Shown piece after piece: positions 29,841 to 42,765 of a DNA stretch of 64,000 bases; positions within the stretch are counted from its first letter, which is position 1; every line of letters starts with the position of its first letter. This stretch comes from Eledone cirrhosa (lineage: Eukaryota). The position numbers and the translations under genes are program-made. The notes under the pieces are model-generated. The model searched no databases. It was not told the DNA's origin and worked only from the letters and a program-made list of their open reading frames with translations. The stretch is from NCBI GenBank assembly GCA_964016885.1, contig OZ024741.1:238762001-238826000 (forward strand). The letters are read 5' to 3'.

Positions 29841-31500
29841 ATTACAAAACCAACAAAGGCGACGGCCTACTACCAACGCCTTCCAACCAACATCTTCGTG
29901 TACATAAACATGGAAGAGGTAGAAAGAGTGCACCCGAGCATAAAGTGAAAGGAGCACCGAACGGGCGACTGCGCATTAACACACATAAGAGCGGTCACTT
30001 AGATGGAACCACCCGTAGCAAAAGTACAAGGACACGTAATCGCCACCGTAACGTCCTATGGTCCCCCCCCTACTCTCGGAGTGTGGCCTCCAACATACCC
30101 CGGATGTTCTTCGAAGCCTTAGAGAAGAACTTCCCGCCCAACCATAGGTATAGAAAAATTCTTAATAGGAACAATATAAAAATATCCTTCTCTACTACTC
30201 CTAACCTAGCAGACATCATAGGAACAACGAACCACAGTAAGATCACCAAGACACAGCACCTCGACACAGACGCACCTACACCTGACAATAACTATATCGG
30301 TCTTAACAACTCCCTGGCAGCATCCAATAGTGTTGGCAACGGCATCCGCAGACGCAACCAGAATGACCGCGAAATGACTGGGGAACATGCAGAACATGAC
30401 GTGCGGAATAACAATCGCACCACCCCGCGTGCTGTGGGTTGTAATTGTGCTAACGACAGCTGCGGTAGCGTAGGTAACAACGTAGGCAGCAACAATGATA
30501 GCCTTACCGTGGGAAATAGACGGAACCGCGACAGAAATTGCAACTGCCGCGACAGAGGACGCTGCCCCCTTAGAGGATACTGCTTGACTGATAGGGTTAT
30601 ATATAGATGCACTATTACTAGCCACAATAGCGTTAAACATTATATAGGGGCCACCTCCGGCCCCTTCAAAATTAGGTTTCGAACACATCTCCACTCTTTC
30701 ACAAATAGAAAACTAAGACACTCCACTTCGCTCGCGGACTACATCACATCACTAAAGGACTTAAACATCAGCTTCTCCACGCACTGGGAGATTGTCGGCA
30801 GGGCTGCACAGTACAACTTCAAGAGAAAATGCGATCTTTGCCTCATGGAGCTCTACCACATCATAACTGCACCCCACGAGCTCATCAACAGCAGAGCTGA
30901 AACAGCGATAAGTTGTATACATCGTTTAAAAATATCCTTCTTCAGATGGGTTAAGGATGAAGAGTGAAATAGTACACTGAATCTCCCTGCAACAAGTCTT
31001 AACACCTCGGCGGGCAGGCGCTGCAAAATAACACCCAGGAAACAATCCTTGCATACCAGACCCAGCCTCAGACAAACGGATGCGGCAAAAAAAAAAAAAA
31101 AAATTTGTTCGGGAAAGACTGCCCTAACACCGGCCAGAGTTACCTCCCTTGACCTGCTGCAAAATCAAAACAAGATATTTTTGCGAGCAATGAACCTTGA
31201 TGTGGATTTAACCCCAAAAATTTTTTCCGAGCAATATAAGGAACACTTGTGATTATTTATGCCCTTGAGAAGCCCAACTGGGCGAAACGTACGTAGGTGA
31301 TATTTTAAATAAACATGTTTTAACGGTCTATTCTCCGATTTTTTACTTTCCCACCTGCTTACGCTCTGCTAACTCTCTAGCCCACTAAATATTAACACTT
31401 CGAATATTTAATACTGCCGGCACTAGTATCGAGCACCTTTGGCATACGCTACTTGGCAAATAACTATATGTATCACCTATCCCCCCTTTTTTTCTCTTTC
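29841..31500 (+). mobile_element. PLE (Neptune-like) 3' half with Zn-linker and GIY-YIG, open ORF 29945-30967
   Basis: WSPPYS, IKISFS, CNCRDRGRCPLRGYC, VIYRC..YIG, FKIRFRTH, CDLCLME, LINSRAE. Decayed hammerhead at 31261-31300 (GCCCA-AC-TGGGC-GAA-ACGTACGT-A). Confidence 0.9.
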
Positions 31501-31515
31501 TCGATACGTAAATAC

Positions 31516-31559
<44 letters not shown>

Positions 31560-31564
<5 letters not shown>

Positions 31565-31892
31565 AGGAAAAGATGAAACGAAATTTCATTTCCCACTCTT
31601 CGTACGGCTGTTACTTAAATATAAGTATGTATACGTACTTACATATATGTATACAGACGTACAGTAGTATGTATATATATATATACATACATGCACACAT
31701 ATATATATGTACGTATGGATTCACCGAACATTTATTATAATGCTCGGTTTGTTTGTAAACAAACATCGCACATTAAGCCGTAGTGTCTAGCAACCACTGT
31801 TGCTCGTTTGTTCAACACTGACAAAGGAACGCTGTACTAGTTTCAAGCTGATTAGCTATCGTCAGCAACGTATACCTTCCTACGTATACATA

Positions 31893-31895
<3 letters not shown>
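31560..31895 (-). mobile_element. Repeat of the 25278/36125 family, hammerhead at about 31830-31870 (minus strand)
   Basis: Reverse complement reads CTGACGA-TAGCT-AATC-AGCTT-GAA-ACTAGT-A. Confidence 0.72.
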
Positions 31896-31944
<49 letters not shown>

Positions 31945-31948
<4 letters not shown>

Positions 31949-33400
31949 GGAGGTGAGTTTTATTGTAGCACAATAAAGCAATGCAAATATCGGATAAGTA
32001 GCTCTCTACATTTTGTAGGACTGGAGTATAAATAATATAAGATCAAAAGATGGTTAAAAGAGTTCCAAGTATTTTATTATGCGCATTTCAAAAACAAATA
32101 TCATCATCGGATGATATCTGCATTCTCATCAGATAAAATAGGGAGACATGATATGAAGCTTAAGAAACACTTGTGAATAGTGAAGTTCTAAATCAACATA
32201 TGAAAAATAAATAAAGCTAGATTTTATAATCACAATTCGTCTTTTAGATACCAACTTAAAAGAACTAACACGGCACTCTCGGAACTCATATGGTGCTTGA
32301 AAGACAAAAATATTAACTATAACATCTCTTGGAGGAAGGTTTGTTCTGCCTTTCCTTACCTGAATTCTTCCCTATCCAGAACATGTAATCTCTGCCTAGC
32401 AGAGAAATTTACCATTATATATAATTTCAATTCTATAATAAATAGACGCACGGATTTATTTTCTCTCTGCTTGCATAAATTCCACAGAACATTCCATAAA
32501 GAATACAGCTAATATCTCAATACCTTACTAGTTTAAAATCCTTTTTCTCAAAGGCTTATATATCTTTTACAAATATACCCATCTTTCTACCTTACTTCAA
32601 TATTATATATTATATAATACAATTTACTCATTCTATATCATTCCTCTTTATCATTTTCCTTTCTTCCTTTTTTCTATTTAATTTCTAACCTCTAATCTGT
32701 ACTTTTTCTTCCCAACTACTTCTCAATTCTTATTATTACTCACCACAACATTATCCATTCTTCCATCTTTCCTCATATCATTGGCCATAAAAATTATTTT
32801 TTTAATACATTATAGTATTACCATTAGAAGTCCTTCGTAAACATATAATTTTTTGACGTTAGATTTTTTCTTCCTTAAATTTTTCTTATCTCCTCCGTCC
32901 TTTCATGCTCGTTTTAAACTACTACTTAATTTGACTTTTACATATTACAATACATAAAAACAAACTTAAACCCTAACTAATTTCTTTTAATATATTATAT
33001 TATTACCATTAGAAAATATTTCGTAAACATATATACTTTTTGATGTTAGATATATTTTTTTTCCTCAGTTGTAAAGGCTATCTCTCTCTCTCTCTATCAC
33101 CCATCTCTCCTCCTCTCTCATCCTTCCTTCTTATACTCCTCCCCCACCATCCTTTACTCTCATCTCTTCCTCTTCCTTACTTTTTCCACCACCCCTCACT
33201 TTTTCCCAATCTCATACATCAATCTTAATTTATTTTTCATATGTTGATTTAGAACTTCACTATTCACAAGTGTTTTTTAAGCTTCATATCATGTCTCCCT
33301 ATTTTATCTGATGAGAACGCAGATATCATCCCATGATGATATTTGTTTTTGAAATGCGCATAATAAAATACTTGAAACTCTTTTAACCATCTTTTGATCT

Positions 33401-33408
<8 letters not shown>
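31945..33408 (+). mobile_element. 5'-truncated PLE with inverted pseudo-LTRs (about 32031-32213 and 33227-33408)
   Basis: About 32216-32512 encodes RFYNHNSSF..TALSELIWCLKD..CNLCLAEK..INRRTDLFSLCLH. Left extension present; (TA)n flanks. Confidence 0.88.
33301..33369 (+). ncRNA. Hammerhead ribozyme motif (mirror copy 32071-32139, minus strand)
   Basis: ATTTTAT-CTGATGA-long stem II (GCAGATATCATC/GATGATATTTGT)-GAA-ATGCGCAT-A-ATAAAAT. Confidence 0.82.
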
Positions 33409-33456
<48 letters not shown>

Positions 33457-33521
33457 CATATATGTATATATATATATATGTGTATATATATATATACATA
33501 TATATATAAATAAATATACAC

Positions 33522-35275
33522 GGGTGTGTATGATTGTGTATAGAAGATTATATTAATAAGAGGAATTCCAACTTTGTCTGATTTACTCGTTTTATTTACA
33601 ATCCTTTAAAATTATAATGATATTAGAATGAAATAGTATGGTAGAATATTAAATGTTAAGTGTTAATTGAACAAGTACTTTCATGCTTTCACAATCTTCT
33701 GGTTCATATTCAGTGGTGATAGTCAAGTTTGCAATTTTCAACTGTAATGAGATGGGTAAATTCTGTGCCTTATATACAGTAAAAAGAGGCTACAGAATGC
33801 TAAGTTTTGCAAACTGTATTTCGACCAATCGGTGTCTAGTTTCACTAGATTACTAAAGCTGATTGGTTTAAGTGTCACGGTTGGTTGAGCATGTCTAACG
33901 ACTTCTATTTGACCCTATCCAAAGCATCAATTGTTTTGCTATTTTTAGAAATGATGAAAATAGAATTTTCTAGGATTTTTATAAAAAATCTTCAGTAATC
34001 ATCACCATCAACATCACTTTTATTATTATTGTTGTTGTTGTTAGTGGTGGTAGTCGACATGGTCGTAGGCGTAGTCATAGTAGGAGTAATACCCCTAAGC
34101 ATTATTATTGGTCAGACTCGATAAAATAAAGTACCAGTAATGCACTGGGTAATTTTCTGGCCTTGTGCCAATAGTAGAAACAATTATTATTGTTCATTTA
34201 GCTTGGGTTGGAATTTATCAATAAAATTATTTTCTTTAATTTTTCTCTTGATTTCACTTGGGCTGTGTAATTTGTAGAATGGAAATATTATAAATATTTT
34301 CTGACCACATGTTGCTAGATGGTTACTCAGGGGTATCTGACGGACATTTGGGGTCTCTGATTTGCTGTCAGTGCACTCGTGCACGTTCCGATAGTGTATT
34401 TCCAGTTTGACCGACAAATAGTTCTTTACAATTCGAGCTTTTAATGCAGTAAATTATATTTCTGCTTTTGCAGTTCATATTTGCATTTGGGAATATTTTT
34501 CCAGTTTTTGTGTTCATATATTGACCAGTGTGTATTGATTGACATGTGCTACATCGACTATCATCGCATTTAGATACAGTGAATGATTGGTCTTTGTTGT
34601 TAAGGTCAAAATTTGCCTTTGTTAGTAATTGCTTCAAATTTTTCGGCTGTCTTTTACTAAGAGTCAAAGATCGGTCTGTGATTAAATCTTTTAATTCATT
34701 ACTTTGAGCAATGATCGGTAGGTTTGCTTTGGCAGTGTTGAAGATATTCTGGTGACATGGGTTGTATGTCATTATAAATGGTATGACCAATTCTTGGTTT
34801 CTTCTTCCTTGGGTTGTCCTAAGTTGTTGTATAGGTATTTTTATAGCCCACTGTATGCCATTTTCTATAAGTAGAGATGGACATTTTTGTTTCAGCAAAA
34901 ATTCTCTCGGTTCTGTTACGCGTTTGTTCCTGGTATTCGTATCTTCTACAATGGTACAAATTCTTCTGGCTAGGCAGTATGGGATGTTGCGTTTTGTATG
35001 AGGTGGGTGGTACGACTTAAAATACAGATATTGATGGGTGTCTGTGTGTTTATAGTATATATCCGTGGTAATGGTGGTGTCATTTTTCATTACCATTATA
35101 TCTAGGAATGGTAATTTGGTACTACTCATCTCTTTTGTGAATTGGAGAGATGGGTGTAGGTTATTCAGGAGGATATTGAATTCATCCAGAGTATTTAGAG
35201 ATTCTGTCCAGATGATGAAACAGTCGTCAAGGTATCTCTTCCAAGACTTTTCAATGTACTTTCTAAATTCAGTGC
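33522..35275 (-). mobile_element. PLE 3' portion (RT C-terminus, GIY-YIG, 3' pseudo-LTR with hammerhead at 33668-33706)
   Basis: WKRYLDDCFIIW, LPFLDI, TDIYYK.TD, CKSRNIIYCI..FVGQT, ENNFIDKFQPKLN; frameshift near 34380. Confidence 0.9.
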
Positions 35276-35332
35276 TATATACATATATACATACATATAT
35301 ATATATACATATATATATACATATATATATAC

Positions 35333-36081
35333 ATAAATTAATATGTATGTGATGAAACACAGATACCAACACATCTGTATATATATTGCAAAAGAAAAAT
35401 TTAGCCAGATTGAAGTATACTAATTATTATACTACAGTTTGTCCATATCGATTTAAAATAATAAATCAACGGAGACGAACTGTATCGCCAAAAGGCCGTG
35501 ATGTTTAGACACATTTAAATTTCAAAATCAAACCTGTTCCGTAGATAAGTTTAGACTTTAAGATCCAAATATGTTTCGAGTTAAATAAGTGTAGGAATAT
35601 CATGTCCCGCTCTCCTCAGTAAACATGCAGAGACAAATTGATATGCTTCACTTCTAAATAATTTAAAAGACTGCGTGACGCACATGGCTTTACAGTATCT
35701 AACTAGTCTCATAACCGTACTGCTAGAAATAACAGTCGTATATATGAGGCGGCTTGCAGCTCAAACTAGGAGCAGTTAAAATTAATAAGGTAATGAATTC
35801 TTTTACAATGGAATCAGCTCGAATGAGGAAAAATATCCCCTGAGCAGTGTATAAATTAATATGTATGTGATGAAACACAGATACCAACACATCTGTATAT
35901 ATATTGCAAAAGAAAAATTTAGCCAGATTGAAGTATACTAATTATTATACTACAGTTTGTCCATATCGATTTAAAATAATAAATCAACGGATAAAATAAT
36001 AAATGGATAAAATAATAAATCAACGGATAAATCGATATGGACAAACTGTAGTATAATAATTAGTATACTTCAATCTGGCTA
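35333..36081. repeat. Direct repeat of about 140 bp (35333-35473 and 35851-35991) plus an inverted terminal copy (36028-36081)
   Basis: Direct reading; flanked by TA-rich microsatellite. Confidence 0.8.
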
Positions 36082-36124
36082 TATATACATATATATATAC
36101 ATATATATATATATACATATATAT

Positions 36125-36715
36125 ATAAGTATGTATACGTACATACATATATGTATAGAGACGCACAGTAGTATGTATATATATACATACATGCACACAT
36201 ATATATATATATGTGTACGTATGGATTTACCGAGCATTTATTATAATGCTCGGTTTGTTTGTAAACAAACATCCCGAATTAAGCCGTACAGTGTTTAGAA
36301 ACCATCGTTGCCCTTTTGTTCAACACTGACAAAGGAACAGTGCCGTTAATATGCATAAGGAAAGTATATACTTTCAGACGTTCAATCATCTGGCAGGAAG
36401 GTATACGGTGCTGACGATAGCTAATAAGCTTGAAACTAGTACATCGTTCCTTTGTCAGTGTTGAACAAAATGGCAACGATGGTTGCTAAACACTGTACGG
36501 CTTAATTCGGGATGATTGTTTACAAACAAACCGAGCATTATAAGAAATGCTCGGTAAATCCATACGTACATATATATATATGTGTGCATGTATGTATATC
36601 TATATAAATACTACTGTACGTCTGTATACATATATGTATGCCCGTATACATACTTATATTTAAGTAACAGCCGTACTAAGAGTGAGAAATGAAATTTCGT
36701 TTCATTTTTTCCATT
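36125..36715. mobile_element. Fold-back element of the 25278 family
   Basis: About 36125-36337 is inverted against about 36446-36660. Confidence 0.8.
36406..36446 (+). ncRNA. Minimal hammerhead ribozyme motif
   Basis: CGGTG-CTGACGA-T-AGCT-AATA-AGCT-T-GAA-ACTAGT-A-CATCG. Confidence 0.78.
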
Positions 36716-36762
36716 TATATATATATATATACATATATATACATGTATATATACAAATCTAT

Positions 36763-37450
36763 CTAGGGCGGGTAAAATTCCCGAGACCCATGGACGAGTT
36801 CTCTCCAGTGGTCTCTGTCCCACATTATCGCTGCCACGTCCTGCGTCTCCAACAGACCAGTGTCTGTCCTTAGGGCATCAACATACGTTAACCTTGGTTT
36901 TCCTCTTCCATTGTGTCCATGCAGGGTCTCCCACAGGAGCTTTAAGTGCAGTGTCAATTCTGTATGTCGGTGAGCATGTCCAGCTAACCTCAGTCTCCTC
37001 TGTGTCACTTTTGAGTTGACTTTTGGGAGGCTCCCATACAGCTCTGATATTTTCATTCTCGTGTAGCACCCATCCACCATCTGAGTGAGTTTCTTGGTCA
37101 GTGTCCAAGTCTCAGACCCGTACAGCAACACAGACTCCACTACAGCAATGAAGAGGCGGATCTTCAGGTCTACACAAAGGTCCGACTTCCACACCGATCT
37201 CAAACTGTGACACCCCGCCCAGGCTTTGCTCTTCCCGTCAACCACATCATCTTCCGTATTCCCAATCTTTGCTCCCAAATACAGGAAATGCTTAACTAAT
37301 TCTAGCGGCTTCCCGCCTACATTAATACTCCCCTCTGGCTTCTCAACATTCTCTACCAGACATTTTGTCTTAGTCTCATACATTCTCAGCCCCACACTCA
37401 TCGACACAACCTCAACTGCATGAAATACTCTGCCTCCTTCACTGTATTTG
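36763..37450 (-). mobile_element. RTE-type LINE 3' fragment
   Basis: [43 protein letters not shown]. Confidence 0.82.
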
Positions 37451-37524
37451 TCACCAAAACTATATATATATACATATATGTATACATATATGTATATATT
37501 CATATATTTATATATATATGTATG

Positions 37525-37608
<84 letters not shown>

Positions 37609-37610
<2 letters not shown>

Positions 37611-39903
37611 ACAAAGGAATTGTGGTAAGGAACCAGATGGACCATAACGCACCAGAGTACTCAATACTTTGTGTAGTAGAGTGGGAAATATGAAAAAGTA
37701 TGACCCCGACAGCAAAGCTCAAGCCGTTTCGACGGCTATTTCTGGACTAAATTAGAATTTTTAGCCTGGTGAATAAATAGCCGAACTTGTCAAGGGGTAC
37801 TTCCTTATATGGGAAGATTGTAGTTGTTAAGAGGATTGGTTAAAATTTGTTGTAAACACAAATAAGTCTATCATGACATTTGGTGGGAGGTAAGGGTGGC
37901 TGAACTTGCCTGTAGAACAATAGGGGAGTGAGTGGAGCGGTCAAGCGTTGAGAGTGATATGTATACAGCAGATTCTAAGGATAGTGTATGAAGTGGAGGA
38001 GGGAGGATATAGAATAGGTAAATCGAATGAGAGTAGGAGACAATAAAAGATAATAGAAATAAATAAAAAATATAATAATGTTTACAACAAATTTTAACCA
38101 ATCCTCTTAATAACTACAATCTTCCCATATAAGGAAGTACCCCCTTGACAAGTTCGGCTATTTATTCACCAGGCTAAAATTCTAATTTAGTCCAGAAATA
38201 GCCGTCGAAACGGCTTGAGCTCTGCCGTCCGGGGTAATACTTTTTCCCATTTCCCACTCTACTACCATAAGTATTGAGTACTCTGGTGCGTTATGGTCCA
38301 TCTGGTTCCTTACCACAATTCCTTTGTTATTTAGCTCCTATCTCTGTAGTAGAGCACTTTCCGACTCTACCACGCCATATCCCGACTTTTCCACCCAGCT
38401 CAAGTTTCTTCACCCGCACGATGCGAAAACACAACACCGACTTCTCCACCAAGAACATCCCAGTTCCACCGAGAAAACTTTACCTTCAGATGCTCACGCA
38501 AAAAAATCGACCTTTTTGCGAAATGACTAAGATGGGGAACTTTTTTCTACGATAGATACCGCGACAATCAGGACTTAGACACCAAGGAGAGATTCGGATT
38601 CAATACCTACAAATCTCCCCCTCCGAACCTTATGCTCTCACCCTTCGAGAACGACCTTTTCCACCTGGTCAAGAGTATTAAATTCAAACCCAGACACATC
38701 AGATTCCTACAACAACTCCGTAGAAAAATAACAGAGTATGAAAACACCAACGACATCATGGTGCACTCGGACAAAACTGGAAACCTCTACTTCGTCAACC
38801 CTGACAGATACCACACACTGATCAGGAGCAGCCTAAACTCCACCTATAAAAAGGCTAACCATTCAATTATCGAGGACATAAATCGAGATGGACAACAAAT
38901 TACCACCAGCCTCGGGGTCGCCGACCGCGGACTTCCTACTTCACACTGAAGGACCACAAATCCGACTTCGACCGCAAACCATCCATTCGGCTTATAAACG
39001 CCGCCCGTGTAACTTATGCTCGGAGGAAACATTACAAATGCTGTTTTCGAAGGACCAACTCCTAAACAAGAAAGATGAACTGGTAACCGCATGCAAACAC
39101 AGATTGCGTAGGACTTACCTCGCCCTCAAAAAACCTCATAACGACCCGGGCGGGTAGACAAGGGCTGATACCCCCCCTCCCCCACCACTTGTTGAATAAA
39201 TTAGGGGAAACCCCAGCTTACATAGGTAGATGTATCTCTTTTCTTTTCCTCTTTGTCTTCTTCCCCCTGTCTCATCCTGTCACTTCCTTCCACCCCCTAT
39301 TTTCTTCCTCGTCTGCTTTTCCCCTTTCGCCTACTCCGATGCAGCCCATCGGGCCTCTGTAGCATCAGTTCCCCCATCCAATTTTAAGATAGAATTGGCC
39401 GAATACGTTTTACTAACTACTTATAGCAGACGTGTTAAACCCCTTTAATTTTGTATCAGTTTTGTTACTACTCAACTTCTTAGTTTTTTCTATTCTCAAC
39501 TTATTAACCTGTAATTGTAAGATAGCATTGTGATTTTTTTTATTCATTTCTCACTATCTAATTTTCTATATTTTTTTATTTATTTCTATTATCTTTTATT
39601 GTCTCCTACTCTCATTCGATTTACCTATTCTATAACCTCCCCCCTCCACTTCATACACTATCCTTAGAATCTGCTGTATACATATCACTCTCAACGCTTG
39701 GCCGATCCACTCACTCCCCTATTGTTCTACAGGCAAGTTCAGCCACCCCTACCTCCCACCAAATGTCATGATAGACTTATTTGTGTTTACAACAAATTTT
39801 AACCAATCCTCTTGACAACTACAATCTTCCCATATAAGGAAGTACCCTCTTGACAAGTTCACCTGGCTAAAAATTCTAATTTAGTCCAGAAATAGCCGTC
39901 GAA
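37609..39903 (+). mobile_element. Internally deleted Neptune-like PLE: inverted pseudo-LTR, direct pseudo-LTR, ORF remnant (38421-39157), second direct pseudo-LTR
   Basis: 37609-37860 is inverted against 38080-38330, and 39575-39903 repeats the pseudo-LTR. The remnant has FSTKNIPVP, LRW..FF, FENDL, SDKTGNLY, TLKDHK..RLIN, then CNLCSEE..LLNKKDELVTACKH. Confidence 0.87.
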
Positions 39904-39982
39904 TATATGTATATATATATACATATATATATACATATACATATATATACATATATATATACATATATATACACACACACAC

Positions 39983-40022
<40 letters not shown>

Positions 40023-40023
<1 letters not shown>

Positions 40024-42742
40024 GTAATAAAAATAAATTTGAAGACTAAAATCCAAAGAGGGCTCGATAAGGATAATATATATCAAATATATAAGAACCG
40101 TAGAGCAAATATTTATTAAAATAACAGATTAAAGTTTAAGCAAAGAATCGCTGCTTTCACCCTTAACGGGATCTTCTGAAACTAACAAAGTCAATCTGTA
40201 AACGCAGAAGTGGATATTTCAAAAAACGTTGCAACCGGAGGAAGACAGGAAGACGATACTTTGGTTCGTGGAAACGTTCCCTGGCAAAGAACGGGAAAAA
40301 ACGAATATAATACGTCATTAATAGGAGTGATGAAAACCAATTACACGCAAAGACAGAACCACGTTTATAGTATAATAGAAGTCGTAGACTAATGTTCTCT
40401 TAGGTGATTCATAGAGACGTTCTCTGGCAATGAACGGAAAAAACGAAGATAATACGTCATATGTGGAGCGTGGAGAACAATTGCACGCAAAGACAAAACC
40501 ACGTAAATGGTATAGCTGAAGTCGTAGACTAAAATTCTAACTAGGAGACCAACTGATTCTCCGCTTCAGAGTTAAGAATAAAGTCAATAAAATACAATAC
40601 AGAGGTAATTGAAATTAAATAAATACATACACGCATCCAAATACGTACATACACAAGCATACGCGAAAACACTCCCCATAGGTATACAAAACCACGCACA
40701 TATAAATATGTGTTTGAGTATGTGTGCATATATACAAATAAATAAGTAATTAAATAAACGTATATAAATAAATAAAGACGTATATAACGCGCGCACACAC
40801 ATACCTACATGTAAATACACAAATGTTCGGAGACGTACGCCAACCAAAATATGAAGTACACATATACACACACCCAACATGCGTACGAACCCGCATACTC
40901 ACACAGACGCAAAACTCCCGTATACACATAACCAAAAGCATATGTACCAGAATATATAAAAATATACGCCATAACATATACAATCAAATATACGTACGAG
41001 AAAGTATACGTACCTTCATAAAACATACAGGTAATATATAGTTACCTATGCAAATAAGTAATGGTATAAACATAACATATACTTAGCTACCACATCAAGA
41101 CGTAAAATATCCACGTATAGATCGTACTATCCGTTAGGGTATAATGTGGGGCTGTAATACAGGAAAGTTTTGTGCAATTTATGTTTACAAGCCGAAATTG
41201 CCTCAGATTTTTTGTTTAAGATGTGGTCTGTGGCGTGGAGTATTTCCAGGGCCTCAGTGGCGCAGAGGTCACAAGGTCTTTTATTTCCGTTATACAATCT
41301 AGCCCTAGCTAGGATCTCCCAGTGTAACTTATATTGGGTGCGGTTGTCTTTTAGACTCCAGATATAAGCTGAAAGTGACGTCATATTCCTTCTTAGAGGG
41401 TAACGAAAAGAATGGGTATGCATGTAAAGACGCTGCTTGAATCTATTGGCGTTTAACCCTATGTAGGCCCTACGGGACGTGGGTGTTTCAACCTTACATT
41501 TGTAGACAATGTTACTAGAGAGGCATTTCCCCAATAGGGGGCAATCAACCCGATTCCTACAATTACAGTTAGTACTAACTACAGGGTTGCACGTGTTCCT
41601 ACGGCTAGGTAATTTAGCTAAATTTGAAGCTGTGATGTTATGTGCAAGGTTAGGAGTCGTAGAGTAAGAAATTTTAATAGTATTTCTATTAAAAATTTTA
41701 CTATATTTATGTGTAGGGGGAAAATGCTTCGTAATAAGGGATAGAAAGATTTTAGCTAATGGTGTGGCCACCTCCATATTATATGGTGGGTTATACCATA
41801 TAATGCGACGGGATCTATTTCTTTTAGGCCTATTCTCGTACACTGTATATGCTACCTTATCGACAAATCCACTCCGAGCAAGAGCTTCATTGTAATAAAT
41901 GGAATGGTCGTTGAAAATATGCTCGTTAGTAGATAGACGGGAAAGCCTCAACGAAACGTTTCTTACCGGGTTCTTGGTTATGCTGGCAGGATGGTTGGAA
42001 TGCTTACTTGTATAATTAAGCGTATCATTCGGCTTTCTATACGGGTAATACAAGCCATTCGATAAATTGAGGGTAACGTCGAGGTAATTAACGACCGAGA
42101 GGTTGGCCTCAACCTGTATAGAGAGGTTGAAGCCTTTAAAGAAGGCTATGAGTTCTTTTCTGAACCTGTCGCAAGCACAAGGGCCGCACTTAGTCATGGT
42201 CAAATGACCATCATCACGGTACAAACCACCGCCCGCGTTGGGGAATTCGTCCTTGATAGAGAAGAGAAGGAAAAGGCCGATAAGATCAGTAACCTCCGCA
42301 GAATCGCTGGCGCCCATACTCACGTCGAATGGGGGTACTATTGGATTTTCTAATCCAAATAGAGTCGTTGAAATTAATCACCGACTAATGGGCATTGAGG
42401 ATGACATCAACTTCGAAATCCTTAACCACTGTGAGTGTTTTAGCGAAATTGATAGCTCTAAGGAGAAGTGGTAAAGTGATGGAGGAGTAGTAATTATTGA
42501 TGTCGAATTGGATAAAAAACGTGGTTCTGTCTTTGCGTGTAATTGTTTTTCACCGCTCCTATTAATGACGTATTATATTCGTTTTTTCCCGTTCTTTGCC
42601 AGGGAACGTTTCCACGAACCAAAGTATCGTCTTCCTGTCTTCCTCCGGTTGCAACGTTTTTTGGAATATCCACTTCTGCGTTAACAGATTGACTTGTTAG
42701 TTTCAGAAGATCCCGTTAAGGGTGAAAGCAGCGATTCTTTGC
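40023..42742 (-). mobile_element. 5'-truncated Neptune-like PLE, ORF 41127-42323, with 3' pseudo-LTR and an inverted copy at 42518-42742
   Basis: MGASDSAE, GLYRDDG, VNYLDVTL, WYNPPY, CNC..CPL.GKC, IVYKC..YIG, CDLC..E. Hammerhead-like motif at 40133-40183 (-) and 42699-42742 (+). Confidence 0.92.
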
Positions 42743-42765
42743 ACACACACACATATATATATATA

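Noticed and set aside
35840-35900. Hammerhead in the 140-bp repeat unit
   Set aside because: The CTGAGCA and GTGATGA cores lack consistent stems I-III.
38500-38530. In-frame TGA in the PLE ORF as selenocysteine recoding
   Set aside because: It falls at an expected Arg position (CGA>TGA) in a frameshifted remnant, and no SECIS was seen.
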